From Marsupella aquatica (lineage: Eukaryota > Plantae > Marchantiophyta): a DNA stretch of 64,000 nt. The stretch is taken from NCBI GenBank assembly GCA_973895155.1, contig OZ316898.1, positions 19,665,292 to 19,729,291 of the forward strand. The letters run 5' to 3'. The notes beneath the pieces are model-generated. The model was not told the origin of the DNA. It saw only the letters and a list, made by a program, of their open reading frames with translations, and ran no database searches. Position numbers and translations under genes: made by a program. Of the stretch, positions 47,640 through 60,889 are shown piece by piece (position 1 is the stretch's first letter; each line of letters begins with the position of its first letter).

Positions 47640-50132
47640 CTACCAATTCCACTTTTGCACTTGGACTGAAGCTCGAGCATATCTAGCAACCTGCATCGCA
47701 CGAACAGCTGCCTCTGAAGTCCCAAATGGAATGCGGCCATAGCTGGGACGGGCCACCATGCCAAACCCATCTGGCTTCTTCCGTATGGCAATAGCTGTGG
47801 CCTTGTTGAAAATAGGGTTGTTGTTGGGACAATACTTGCTACTTCGTCTGGCCAGTTGCTTGATTGCAAAGGCATTCATGGATGGCCGAGCAATGCCCAA
47901 CCGTTCTAGCCTTGCCATTTCATCTCTGTCACCAGCCTTGATCTCACAGCATGGGCAAACATGCTCTCTCTCAGTCGGGATTTTGATCTCCAACTGAAGC
48001 CTTTGATCTGGAGGCAGGTTCTTTTGGTCAGTGACCAAGTGCCCACCTGAGAGATCAAATAGGTCTGCATCCTTGGAGCTCTTCCCCATGCTGTTTTTGA
48101 AGGTTTTGTAGGTGACCTTGAACTTCCATGGGTGCTTTGTAACATTTTGTATGTAGCTTGGAGTTGGGGGCTTCTCTCTATCTAGGTGGGAGGAGAGCAC
48201 TGCTCTTGAGAGCACAATACCACTGGTTTTTTCCCTGACTTCAACATTGGTCACTGCCACCTTCTTGGCCAGCCTTACTACTTTTGCTTCCACTTCAGCA
48301 TAGGTTCCCTGAAACATGAAACTCAATTGTAAACAACTTGAATGTGATGTTTTGCAATGATAAATAATCACTTCTCCTCTTATGTTTGGACCTACAGGGC
48401 ATTGTCAATAATGCATTAAGCCAGGCGTAAAGCTTCTGGGCTCCTCATCAATTTGAAGTGAAATTCTGCTTTTGTGCTGCCATCATCCAAAATATTGTCT
48501 TGACAATTTATTGCATTATTTAGAATATTTAATTCTGATTAGTAAGAGTAAAAGCTTACTGAATGATGCTAATTTTCAATTTGTTTCATGCAGATTATTT
48601 AATAGGGTTAATATGGTTCCACATAATGTGGTTCCATACACATATTCTCTACTGTGAACACCAGTAATGTTTTAATGCCCGTTTCAAAATGGATGAAAGG
48701 CTTTCTAGCACAGTCTATCTGGTTTTGGCAGAGTTGGGATCATTTAGGAAACAATTTCCAGTCAGACTGCCTTAGCTAGGTCACAAAGACCCCACAAGAT
48801 TCAGTGTTTGAAGTGATGTTTTTACCAAACTAGCTAGTTCAAGCTGTAACATTCCAAATAATAACCATCAATGAATGTAGACTTTGAAACATTTGGAAAT
48901 TAAGGCTTTAAGCTGTGTGTGTAGCTGTGTATTTTTTACAGAAGGTTTGCTAGGCCAAGAATTTTTAATTATCAAAATTATTATCCCATTCGTATATTAT
49001 TGTGCAGTCCTGTGTGCAATTGTGGCAACACATTTCAAAGCCATATATAGACAAAGTATTGTTTGTACGTCTCATTGCAAATGTTCATGACATAAAAAAC
49101 CAGGGCTGTTAAATCATTGTGCAAATAAGTATGATACATATGTACAAGACAAGTCAAGAATATAAAGAGTTGAGATGAGAAGTCTGAGATGGGATGCCCC
49201 TCACATATTGTCTTTCTCTAGCAAGGTAGTTTATCTCAATACTAGCAGCAACATGCCCTCTGAATTGCGCCAGTAGTTGCCTCAATGCTGCATCACCACA
49301 AGAATTTACAAGAGACGCCACGCACCCTGCATGCATCATACACCCATGGTTTGTGTCCTGCAATATCAATGACATGCATTGGGATGCAGAATTAATACTT
49401 TCTTGCCATAGCTACCTTACATAGCTCTGCACTTCATTATTATAACCATAATGTAGAGAAGTTACCACTCAACCAGCTGAAGATCCCCATAGTGTATGTT
49501 AAACCAATTTACTTGATGGAGATCATAAACCCCAATTGTAGCTAAAATACTGATCTGGAGTTGAACCTTGATGGGATTGACCTCGACTGCTTGACGTTCT
49601 ATTAGAAGCACTCATAAAGTGTGCCCCTAATTTCTACGGGAATTCTAGCAGTATTGTCTTGTTGCGCGCTGACATAGCCCAGAGTATGTTTTAAGTCCAT
49701 CATTCAGATGTGTGATTTAATAGACTGATTATAGGATTTCCTTATTAACAATCCTAAACTGCAGCTGCAGGTGGTCAATATTGCATCAATTAGAAGGTGA
49801 ACGTCAATGCTGAAAACTTACTGCACTCTTTAAGTTGATAGCATAAATCTTGCAATAAGATTAATTTACTTTTAGAAAAATGCTGGTAAACATGTTACCA
49901 CAATATTCCACTGCATTGGAATTGTGAAGAGCATGAAACCCTTGTTGTCCGTGTAGTCTAGATGAAGTGCATCCAAAATCTTTGCTGTATGGCTTCCTCC
50001 CACATCAAACTCATTAGCGTAAGGTATTCTCTGACCATTGATCTTTAGCCAAGTTGTGATTTGATTCCCATGCTCGCTCATATCCGTGCAGGCCACGATG
50101 GAAGGACGCCACGAATTGTACATTACAGACAT
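47640..50132 (-). CDS. ACOT13/PaaI-like hotdog-fold thioesterase homolog with degenerate active site and ~180-aa basic C-terminal extension, 3 exons, ~351 aa
   Basis: Exons 50132-49899, 49357-49205 and 48308-47640, all phase 0 and GT-AG. NHGCMMHAGCVASLVN aligns with NxxxxLHGGxxATLVD, SIEINYL with SVEINVSYL, and EVEAKVVRLAKKVAVTNVEVREKTSG with EIEAKxLRVGKAVAVVSVELRKKxTG. Confidence 0.8.
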
Positions 50133-52574
50133 GGTTGCAGTTGGAGCTAAAACTAAGCAATGGTGTGATGTTTAGCAATTTAAGAAATTCTAATAAATGT
50201 GGGGAAGCATTGCTGCAGTTGATGCACTTTATTGTGCTCCCCTTGAGCTACAGTTTTGTGCTTGAATGCACTTCACCTCCTTGTTCCACAACAAAACAAG
50301 TTTGCTTTTCAACAACATATTAAGAACTTGTAAGAAGCAATTTTAAGATTCTTCCACTACCCGTGTCCATTTAAAATGCCAATCTCAATTGAGAACCTTT
50401 GCCTTGTGAGCACTTGAACAACTAATGTTCCAGGGTTTAGGTAGACACTTCTGGATTTCTGAATTGAGCTTGTCTATATTAAAGATTTGGAGCAAAGAGT
50501 CCCTTGACAACCCTTGTCTGACCTGATTTTCTCTATAAAATTAAACTACCACACCCTTACTGAATCTGGACAGTTAGGAGTCCTTTTCCTACTCACTCCA
50601 GCTGATTCTCTGCCTAGTACTACATTTTTGCAGAATTCTCTTAGAACTGCATATAAGATGACGTCTGTGATCTGGGGTTTGATCTGACTGTTTCATCGCA
50701 ATGAAATGTTTCCTCAGTTTTGTCCATGCTGAAAGCTTAGATTTATTGAAAACCAGAATCTGTGCTGAGAATTTTGGCTCCTCTCAACCACAATTTTAGA
50801 GACAAGGAATGTTGATAAAAAATCAGCTTTGGAATAGGGTCTCTTTAGAGCCCCTACATGGCTTAATTACTAAAGTTTTGTATTACCAACACCTCCCTTT
50901 TGTTTAACATCAAGGTTTATGCAAAGATCCAATCGAGTGAGACCGGAAGTGAGACTTGGTGTACTTGGCTAAAGCTTTATTAATTATCATCAAGGCACTT
51001 AGCTCATGAATGATTTGTCCACATATTAAGAGCTATTTCTTAGCCTGGTGAAACTTCTACTGTTACCCTTTAAATTGAGAAGTTCCAAAGGTTTAAATCT
51101 TAGACCTAACTCAATTCAAGCTACTTGAGTCTGTTTCGCCTTAGTTGAATTAAGTTTGGCCTTACTTGTTATGGTTCATACTCAGTTCTCATTGCTTTGA
51201 TGTAGCCATGGGTTATCTCATCCTGATATTGGGAACAAGAATTCAGACCCAAAACTATCAGTTAGATGCAAATTCGGAAGTTTTGGCTGGTAATGTGAAT
51301 CCTTCAACTAATACAATTAAAGAAATCTTGATACATTCCGATGGATAGGCACTACCAACACCCTTCTTGTCTCTAAGTATTTTAAAATCAACCCATGTCC
51401 TAGTCCTTCATGGCTTTGAATTTCTCCTTGTATCTATGGAAAGCATACTTCGCAAGCGAACCAAACAAACATGACTTAAACTTGCAATAGCTTGAGAAAT
51501 TTAGATTTTCACCATTCTCATCCACGAGAAGACAACCATCCCTAAACTTGTACAAACATACCTCAATTTTTCTACCCCAGCTGAAACTCTGGTGAGACAT
51601 GAAAGGAATGACGTCACCAGGTCTATTGGTCACAATTAGAACCAGTCAACACCAACAAAGTTGGATGACAGGCCAGTTTATTTCAATAGGATAACAAGGA
51701 ATATTATTGTTTCCCAATTATAATCCTAATAACTTAGCATTATCCTACACAATTTCATCTCTCAAATCATGACATTATCTAACCACAGAGGATACAGTGC
51801 ACACAGTTGTAGTGATGCCATGCATTGATTCAATCGATTGGTCAATATGTGTTTATCTCCACATGTGATTGTTTAACACTAACCAAGAATCACAGAAAAG
51901 TTCACCTTGAAACTGTCTCCAGCATTATTTCAACGTCAAACCATATGCCCAACGAGACAATTGGACTATCACATGAAATCTAATCCAATGAGTCACAAAC
52001 TTACCTCAACGAGGTCTAAAATTATGCTTTGGGAGCCTCCTACGCCGATTCTTACATAGCAGATATGTGAGTATGATAGTACGGGCTATTTTTCTCCTCG
52101 TGATGTTGTGTACAAAGGAAAAAGTTTTTTCTCCACAACTTGTGTTGGGTTGAAATTCATTGTTAGAGGACGGGTCTATTGAAGGCATGAGTGTGACTAG
52201 TTGTTGTTTTGGGGTTGTATAAGAAGGGGGAGGGAGGGCTGGCGGGAATCTATTTGGGCCTAGTCTAAACAATTCAATGCTGGGCAAATCTTCCAAGATA
52301 TAATTGATTCCCTGACTGATTTGGAGCATAATTTGCTATTGGTGATTATATTGAGGAGTTCCAAGTATCCATTGCTTATAAAGCTTAGAATCTTTCATCC
52401 TCGATCTCATCAACTCTAAGCCTTGATGGTTCTGAATCTGTTATTTAACTTCCTAGCATCTAACGATAAAGACAATGAATTGGACGAGCCTAGCAAACTA
52501 AGATTCCAAAAAGCATTGCTCTACAAGACAAAATGTAGCCCCGAAAGGAAAAAGCTTAAATTCGAGGTTAGTTA

Positions 52575-52892
52575 AGGGAGATGGGCATAGAGTAACATCA
52601 TATTCATTGAATATCAGATACATATTCTTTGCTTTGGGTATCAACGTTACACTGTCAAAATGAAAGGAGAACATGAAAGAGGGAGATGGGCATAGAGTAA
52701 GGTCATATTCACTGAATATCAGATAAATATTCTTTGCTCTAGGTATCAACGTTACACTGTCAAAATAAAAGGAGAACATGAAAGAGGGAGATGGGCATAG
52801 AGTAAGGTCATATTCATTGAATATCAGATAAATATTCTTTGCTCTAGGAATCAACGTTATACTGTCAAAATAAAAGGAGAACATGAAAGAGG
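52575..52892. repeat. 105-bp tandem repeat x3
   Basis: AGGGAGATGGGCATAGAGTAA...ATCAACGTTAYACTGTCAAAAT.AAAGGAGAACATGAAAG starting at 52575, 52680 and 52785. Confidence 0.95.
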
Positions 52893-53091
52893 TGGCCTGG
52901 AGAGGAATATGATCTGAAATCTCTCTACAGTAGAATTCATAGAGCTGTGGGAGTTTAGACGGAGGACAAAATTTTATACCAAGAGTTTGATCGCCTTTTG
53001 TACTCTGTTGATTTATTGCTTGAAATAAAAATAAAATAAAATATTTCATCCTCAAGTGATTGGCACCCTAAACCCACCCACACGCCCAATG

Positions 53092-53174
53092 AGAGACTGG
53101 GGGAGACTTGAACCTGAGACCTGCTGGCCCTGAGTCCAAATCCCCTGGCCACTTGAGCTGGACCACTAGACCCC
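53092..53174 (-). mobile_element. tRNA-derived SINE head (Pol III A/B boxes)
   Basis: Minus strand GGTCCAGCTCAAGTGG (A-box-like) ... CAGGTTCAAGTC (B box) at tRNA-like spacing, without a valid cloverleaf. Confidence 0.55.
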
Positions 53175-53688
53175 ACTCAAGTGGTTTGTATTCTCGTTTG
53201 AAAGCCAAATCAAATTATCTTCTTGTTACATTTTTGTGCATACTATAGACAACAGTAGAATCTGCAAGCCACATTTTACACATTACTATGACAACCCAAG
53301 ACCGTATTCATTTCAGCCTATAGTCAGCCAGGTTGGGTTCCAACTATTCTTGGCAAAGATGGTCCTTACAAATTGCTTCAATCAGCTTTGTGTTTCATCT
53401 ACAACTATAATAAGAAATCCCGTATGTTTTCGTCTTTTGTCCCAATACAAAGAAGCTCCTGGGTGGGAAAGATCCGCAGCTGTTAGATTCATTTGACTGT
53501 TTTCCCTGACCATTGATGGAGAAAATGAGCACCCCTGGCACATATGTGCTTCCCCATGTTGCCCCATAAATGCCCCGACACGACTCCCTATGGACTGGCC
53601 CTCCTTGCGCCGTGCATAGGGCTCGTACTAGTGTAAAGGGCTTGCCATATAATTGAGAGGCACTGTCTTCTTTTCACAACTAGCAAAC

Positions 53689-55311
53689 CTAAAGAGGTTT
53701 CCCATCGTATCCTCTAGGTTTCTGTTGACTGGCTGGAGCTGCAGGAGCCCTTCCTAACTCTCCAAACCGGTAGAAATCTTCAGGCTTGTCCTTGGGGTGG
53801 GTGTATGTCTCATGGGACAAAATGCCATAGCCAGTGGTGTTTAGTTCAGACACACATGTCTCCCAATACTTTTCCTGTTGATCAGGAAACTGGGTTATAA
53901 AGGAGCGTTCGTAGTTGGGAAATGGCCCTGACCATGCTCTCCTTGCAAAGCCTTTGGGTCCCCTCCACTCCCTCACATGATAAGGCCTTATTCTGGGATA
54001 AAACTTACTCTCTTGCTGCCCAGTTGCCTCAAATTCATCAACTAAACGCGTGGCATCCTGGAGGTTGTAGGATGGTTCCCAGGTGGACTCCTTGAGGGGG
54101 GAATCCTTCCATTTCACCAAGTAATAGCAACAGTCAACCGACTCTTTGGGTTCCTTGCCCCATCTCTTGCTTAAGATCATTTCAACTTCAAGAGGGTGGG
54201 ATTCATGGTGAGCAGGTGGGTTTGGAGCCTTGTATCCAGCATAAAGGCCTGCAACACCCTCATTGGCATGTGGGTAGGTCTCAGGGTATTTCTCCCTTGG
54301 CTCCAGATATGATGAAGTGCGCTCATAATCTGGGTACTTCCCTGAATATTTCCTCCTAGAGAAGTGCTTTTCGAAAGGAAACTGGTCTGGTTGCCACCTC
54401 TCATATGCTTTTACCTGTGGGTATAGATACCCACCCTGCCTCTCAAATTCATCCACAATGGGCTGTGCATCTTTGAGACCATAGCATGGTTCCCACGTTG
54501 CTTTTGCAACAGGAGAGTCGTGCCATTTCACGAGGTAATAGGCTGTTTTGGTTCCGTCAGCATGGGTCACAAACCTGGAATTGGCATGGTCAAGGTAATT
54601 GACTCGTGGGTCTACTTGCAGTTGAATGGGTTTTGGGACAGACTCGAGGACTATATCATCAACAACATGATCCTGGCGATGGCTTCAAGAATTTTCTAAG
54701 ACAATTGGAGACATGTGAGGCTTGGTCCCATTGTCGTAGCTTAATAACTTAGCACGGACAAACCAGTGCCTTAGACATTGAATCTTCTTAACGTGAATCT
54801 TCACGTGTAAGAAATATTCTGGCAGAGCTCAGTACGCATTCTCTAGAAACACAATCTTCTAAAGGATATGTTTGTTCGTGGTCCCTAGCGTCTCTTTCCG
54901 AGCTCAGTACACATTCCTAGAAACGCAATCATCTAAAGGACATAACTGTTTATTCTCCCTAACGTCTGTGAATGATGTAATTGATTGTCTTGATTTACAA
55001 AAAGAAAAGTTTGTTTGTGTCATCTTACGCTTACGCAGAGAACCTCGACAAGAAAAATAAGATGATTGGCTATTTTCGTCACACCTTTTGCTGAGGATGG
55101 CTTCTACGTCCGACAATTGGTTTAAATAATCATAGTTACGATAGCTAGAAGCTTCTCCACGTGAGATTCCACCGGCCGCTTTGAAGCTAGCCTCTTCCTC
55201 TGGCGTCATCCCTTGCCATGCTTGCGCAGCCGTGGACACTTTCCTCCCAGCCACTGAGTCTTTGGCCTCTTCCTCCTTGATGCATTTCTCTCGATCAAGT
55301 CTGGAAAGCAT
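53689..55311 (-). CDS. Tandem-chromodomain protein (chromovirus-type chromodomains), 2 exons, ~370 aa
   Basis: Exon 1 55311-55085, intron 55084-54575 (GT..AG, phase 2), exon 2 54574-53689; total 1113 nt in frame. CD1 is DVEAILSKR...YYLVKWHDSPVAKATWEPCYGLKDAQPIVDEFE. CD2 is EVEMILSKR...YYLVKWKDSPLKESTWEPSYNLQDATRLVDEFE. Confidence 0.88.
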
Positions 55312-58300
55312 CTTCACCTCACACCTTGATCACATACAGTTTATTTATGCCCAATTTCTCAAAGTCGTTGAGAGTAGATATTTTTTCAAATCAAGGTTGA
55401 AGTTGTGCCAGGGTAAAGCTCCTTCCTCTGCTCTCGAGCTAGTCCCCAAATCCTCTCCGGTGGTACTTGCAAATCACTCGACCCTAAAAAAGCCCTAATC
55501 AGATTTCTAGAAGTAAGAAAACCACAAGAATCGCTAAAACTTGAGGCTCAAAGTCTTCCTACCGGAAAATGTTGATACGGTCTTTTACAGGTGCACTCAG
55601 AAGTGATTGTTTTAGCACCTTAAGGTCTACCGAATGTTAATGAATGTGTCGAAGCTGTTAATATTTCACGATGGAACAGCACTAATTGATCACACTTATT
55701 CAAAGTAAGAGATTCTAGCCTAGACGAGGCACCGATTTCAGGGTTCTGATATGTATATTGCAGTTTGCATCATTGGAAAAAGTGAAATTTGAGACCGAAA
55801 AATCGTCTCAATTTGAACTTTTATTGTTCGAGTGCCTCTTCACTAGTGCCTTTTCATCTGGAACCAATCAGATGATCTACCAACCGATAGTCCATAAGCT
55901 ATAGTGCATGCGAACCAGAGAGTGACTGTGGAGCAACCAGAGATCGAGTGACTGTGGTCCAGACTTGGGGCCCATCTATGCATGAGGTATACACAAACAA
56001 TGATACAAGGTTCTGTACAATTCGAAAAGCACATTGATGTGATTGCCACGCCCGTCCCGGGCATGCAAAATGGATATTGGTGCCTCTTGTATAATTTACC
56101 CATGCTCCCTTATCCGGAGCTGGTAGCTAAACATTGAGTTAGCCTGCATATCTATGGCGTCCCAAATTACCTTGCCTAAAAAAATCACTCATGACTGCCT
56201 AAACCTTAGACCCCTAGACCCCTCATCTCGAGAAGGATCTCATTTTGGTGACGTCGTTTTTTCGCTCTTTGTAGTCAAAGCTTTCGTCCCGAACGATTTC
56301 ATCGTTACATTCTATTACATCGGTACTGCACTTCCCTTTGACGGTCCCTTGACTGGATCTGCCCTTGTCAGAAACATAACTTGTTGGTCCTCTGGAGTAC
56401 TATGAAGTCCCACCTATATATTTGAAGCTTTTCATGTTCCAGTTTTTCCTCAAAAGCCCCGCTGCAGCCAGCCATTTAAACTGGGCTTTTGATTGCCACA
56501 GATTTACTCCTAGACCTCACTGAAGTTCTTGGTCAGAAGATCTGTTATCATTGTGGTTATCACAAGATATATAGATCTCACAGTTCCTTCGATGAAACAA
56601 AAAGAGGAGATCTGCAGCACATTCTGATGCAGGCGAGACAACATGGTCAAGAATGCTTTTTAGATACCCACCACAGCTAGATCATGAGGTTCCATTCATG
56701 TTCGTGAGAGGACCATCCCGCCAACCTGTCCAAAGATCATCTATGATTCCAATAGCTAGATAGTGCAGTCCAAAATCGTCATAGAAGTATGATTCCCCTG
56801 ACTGCTCCCAGGTCATACCCTGTGCCATGCGCAGGGCCCAGGGTCGAAGCAGTAGCGAACACGATGTACTCCTTCCAGATTAGAGGGGAAGGGAACAAAG
56901 TCATTATTGTCTTATCTGCTATAGAGTAGAGAAGGTGGTTGTTTTTACATTGCAGCTAGCAAGAAAAATTGATGACATGTTTGCTCATAGAGTATGAGTC
57001 AGATACAAACTTAATGCCGCGAAGAGATGAGAAGCGCGGCAAAGAGAGGACAAAGGTGTCAAGCGATGCCAAGATTAGAAATAGCTTATTGTAGGGTAGT
57101 CAGATAAGTGAGCCAAAATGTAGAACAACCATAGCATACCGCAGCGCTTCGAGAACATTCAATGCTTTTATTCTCGTCACCGTTCTCGTCATCAATTAGA
57201 ATTAGGCTAGGGCCAGCAGTTGGAAAGCAGTCACAGAAATCTCACAACACAAAGGATATTTGCTGGGTCAACGTATTTTGGAAACGAACAGAACTACTCA
57301 GCAATAGTAACTATAAATTTTTCTATTCAACCTTAACCAGATTGTTGTCTATTCGGTGACCTTTTTCTTCTCCAATTAATCTTGTGACATTTACAGTGAC
57401 TTTGGGCAGCAACGTGACTTCATACTTTCAATTACCATTTACATTGCATACGATATACAGAAGTATTTTTTTTTATAGATTTCTTCCTCTCCTAGTCTAC
57501 AACCGCATTTATGAGAAGGTCGTCACCCACGTCACCATCATCTGCACCATCAGAACTCTCTAATATCCTCGGCGGGCCGGAGCAGTATCGTCAGTTTTCC
57601 TCATACTCCCTAACACGAACGTGGAGTGCATGATCTGCCCGCTCCCGAAGCTTGACAACCCGCTTGACAGCGTACTGCTCGATAGGACTGCTTCCTGCCT
57701 CTCTTTCTGAAGCAATGCCGTAACAGTTTGTGTCATTCAGAGAAATCAAAGTTCGCCCTCTCTCACTTACTCCAACGAATTGCGTGTTATGCTCCGTTTT
57801 TCAAGAATGCAGTCTTGGTTTTCATAGTGATGGCATTGCTGAGTACAATAGCCATGTGTTAAATGAAGAAGAATGCCATTTGAATAGAACGCCCTCAAGT
57901 CAATGCCATTCAGCTCCACAGCACAGTTGGCCCTGAACTGGATTTGAGGCAAGGACGTTGAATTAAAAAAATCTAGCGGTGGCTGCAAACTCCGTTGCAA
58001 TACCCTTTCTCGAACGTACGTTAGAGAAAAAGATGACGGGTAGCGTTCCATCTCCACTGCACACAAAGTGCACCTCCAGGAATATCTCAGGGCCCAAGGA
58101 AAGGAATACAAGCCTTCAGCCCCGAAGTGTGAAATCAATCATCTCGTTGCCAGTCATTTGATTCAAGATATTGAGAGAGTTTCGGAGATAGGCATGCCTC
58201 ACAAATGGCTCCACATATATTCTTCCAATATTGTTTTCTTCTCGTCTGCCTTTACCTTTTCCGTCATGTCTTCTCCTACTAGTCAGACCCAGCTGCTGCC

Positions 58301-60889
58301 TCATATTCCATCGACTTCGCAGTCTAAACATCATGATTTTGTTGAAGACATGGCTGCTTCTACAGATGTACTGGAACGAACGCCTGGTATCTTCATCCTT
58401 GCCAACCGGCAAGCGTCCGGCAAGCCTGCAGAAAATTCGTGAGGGCTCCAAATGATGCGTCTCGGGTTGTGCGTTCTTCTTTGTGGTGCCTTCAGATTTG
58501 TCAACTTCCGATCCCAGTTGAGATCCACCAGTTCCTTCAGAAATTCGTAAAATTGTGCTGTGAAACCTCCGACGTGATTTGTTGGTTAGTCCAGTTGCTC
58601 TGACCCTGCTGCTTCTTCTGCACGGGAGCCACCCACGCCATCTGTGCTTTAAATGCAGCGCTTGAGGGCTTTGCCCACAGACTGCAGCTTCGTCCGGTGT
58701 GAGCAGCGATTGGAAAAGCAACGGAAACTGAAGCTCGGATGGACTGAGACGAGCTTATGAGCCAGATATCGACAACAGTCACTAGGTGTCATGCACACTC
58801 TTCCCGCGTTGGAAAGTTTTTTGATATCAAACTTTCACCTTCCACTTCTCTCTTCATATGGAGAAGAAGTGGTTGTTTATGGGCTAACTAGAAGCATCTT
58901 GGAAGGATCTTTGAAACCAATATAATATTGCCAACTTTCATCAAGAATTGAGAAAGCTGTGAATTTTCAAAGACAATCCAGTCACTCTTTGTACACTTCC
59001 CGTTTCTGAAAGAATTGTCAGTAAACTTTCACCTTCAATTTCTCCTTTGATATGTTACTGGGCTAGGCTGTTCTTGGGTTTATTTTATTAGAAGCTTCTT
59101 GTAAAGATCTTTCCAACTAGTCTAATAACTCTGATTTCCATTTAAAATTCAAAGAACTATTAGGTTCGAAAGATCACTATCTTGGTTTCTGTCACCTTTC
59201 ACTTTGCCATGTAATATCTATCATCTGAAAAGGAATGAGAGTTTAATTTGCTGCTGTCCACCCTGGTTGCAAAACTTCATTTAGGGGTTGTAGTGTGTAG
59301 GCTTGATTTCTGGTCCCAATGAAGACCCCATGTTGAGATTTCATTGCTAGTGTTCATTTTGAGGCAAACCTTAAGGTTCTTGCACCAAGATTCCTTCTAA
59401 TTTTTTTTCATGCTCTTCTTTGGCAGATTTTCTATCTCTACAAGCTACCATTGTCCTAGAACTGTCTACAGTATTGTTACCTTTCATTCGCCCTCTTTCC
59501 CACCCTACAATTAACCAAGGTTAATGACATACTGAATCTACTCATCAGAAATAGCATGAGCCCAAGACTTTGTCAAGGTGGTGCATTTTGTGATGTGTCT
59601 ACTTTCTATCCTTGGGGCCAAAAATGCCCCTACCATCAACTAGCTGAGACGAGCTATGAGAAAACTCACAACATCAAAATACTTGCAAGGGTTGATCAAC
59701 GCAATTGAGAAAGCGGAGCAGACAGAAGGCTTAGAAAAGGAACAGATTGATCGTCCTCAAACCATCCGGATAAGGATAACTATGAATGTGATATAGAGCA
59801 AAGACGGTGGAATCAATTAAAGTAGATGCGTGACACACATTGCTGTTGGGACAATGTGGTACACCACAATACACCTAGTTTACTCTCTTGATAACAAGCT
59901 GGCACCATCAACCCAAATAACCCACACATTTTACACAGAAATAGTTTGGAGGTCTGCTTGGTTTACATCAGTGAAACAAGGAATTAGACCTCCATAAGTT
60001 TTGAGGAGGTGTTTTGGGTCCCCAATCCTACCTCACTTTTTCATCTTTTCTTTCATTCCTTTCAATCTCTTTCATCCCTTTCAATCTCTTTCATCTGATT
60101 GAGTTGATGAGGGTATCAGAAAGCTTTGCGAGATCCATTGTTTCAAAATTTAGTAAGTGGATCCCAAAGCTAGGTAGCAACATAAAAACTCCTCAAAAAA
60201 ACTCTCAACCTAAACATGCTTGACACAACCAAATTGTGACTAAAAAACTCTCTTGATGCATCCTAGGATGCTAACATACCCTAATAGCATAGAAAAAACA
60301 CCATGAAAACCCCCCAAAAAACAACTGACTAACTTGAAGTACCATTGGTTTAAAGTGCACATTGTCACTGTTAATTATCAACATTTGATCTCCTTTGTTA
60401 ATCTAACAAATCCACAGACAACAAATTCTCTCAGGACAATTGTGCACCTCGTCCTCCTTTTTGCTAACAAACGATCGATCAAATGTGTCAATAGCTAGAG
60501 TTAGTTGTTGTTGTTTATTTAGTAAATCAAATTCAATATGTGATACCTTGAAAAGTAAATAAAACATTTATAAACAACTACTTTTTTTGCCTCCACTCTT
60601 TGTTATTTGGCATGATAATTTTCAATTTTCTAAAATTTTTGCCATGCCCAGATCTAACTGTTTGTTTTGCCCATATTGCAACAAATACAAAATAATGGTC
60701 ATGTTACTTTGCTCGCTTGTCACCGCAAACATTGTTTTTGCAGATCAAACAACGTCTTCTATGTATCAACATCTTTTATGTATCAAAATATTTTGAGTAA
60801 TGACGTGTCTTATCCATTGATATCTTTTCCGCAATGATATCTTCTTTGCAATACACGGGCATTGAGCTAGTTACTATATACTAAAGTAA

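Noticed and set aside
50800-51650. Possible decayed LINE fragment (similar impressions at 12.3-13.0 kb and 15.8-17.1 kb)
   Set aside because: Only vague resemblance; no RT (YADD) or endonuclease motif is visible.
52498-53055. 185-aa ORF with three repeats
   Set aside because: It results from a 105-bp (multiple of 3) tandem repeat, starts at a non-ATG codon and shows no protein-family features.
56300-58800. Possible gene from overlapping 60-200 aa ORFs
   Set aside because: No recognisable domain, mostly non-ATG starts, and no frame-consistent exon chain could be built.
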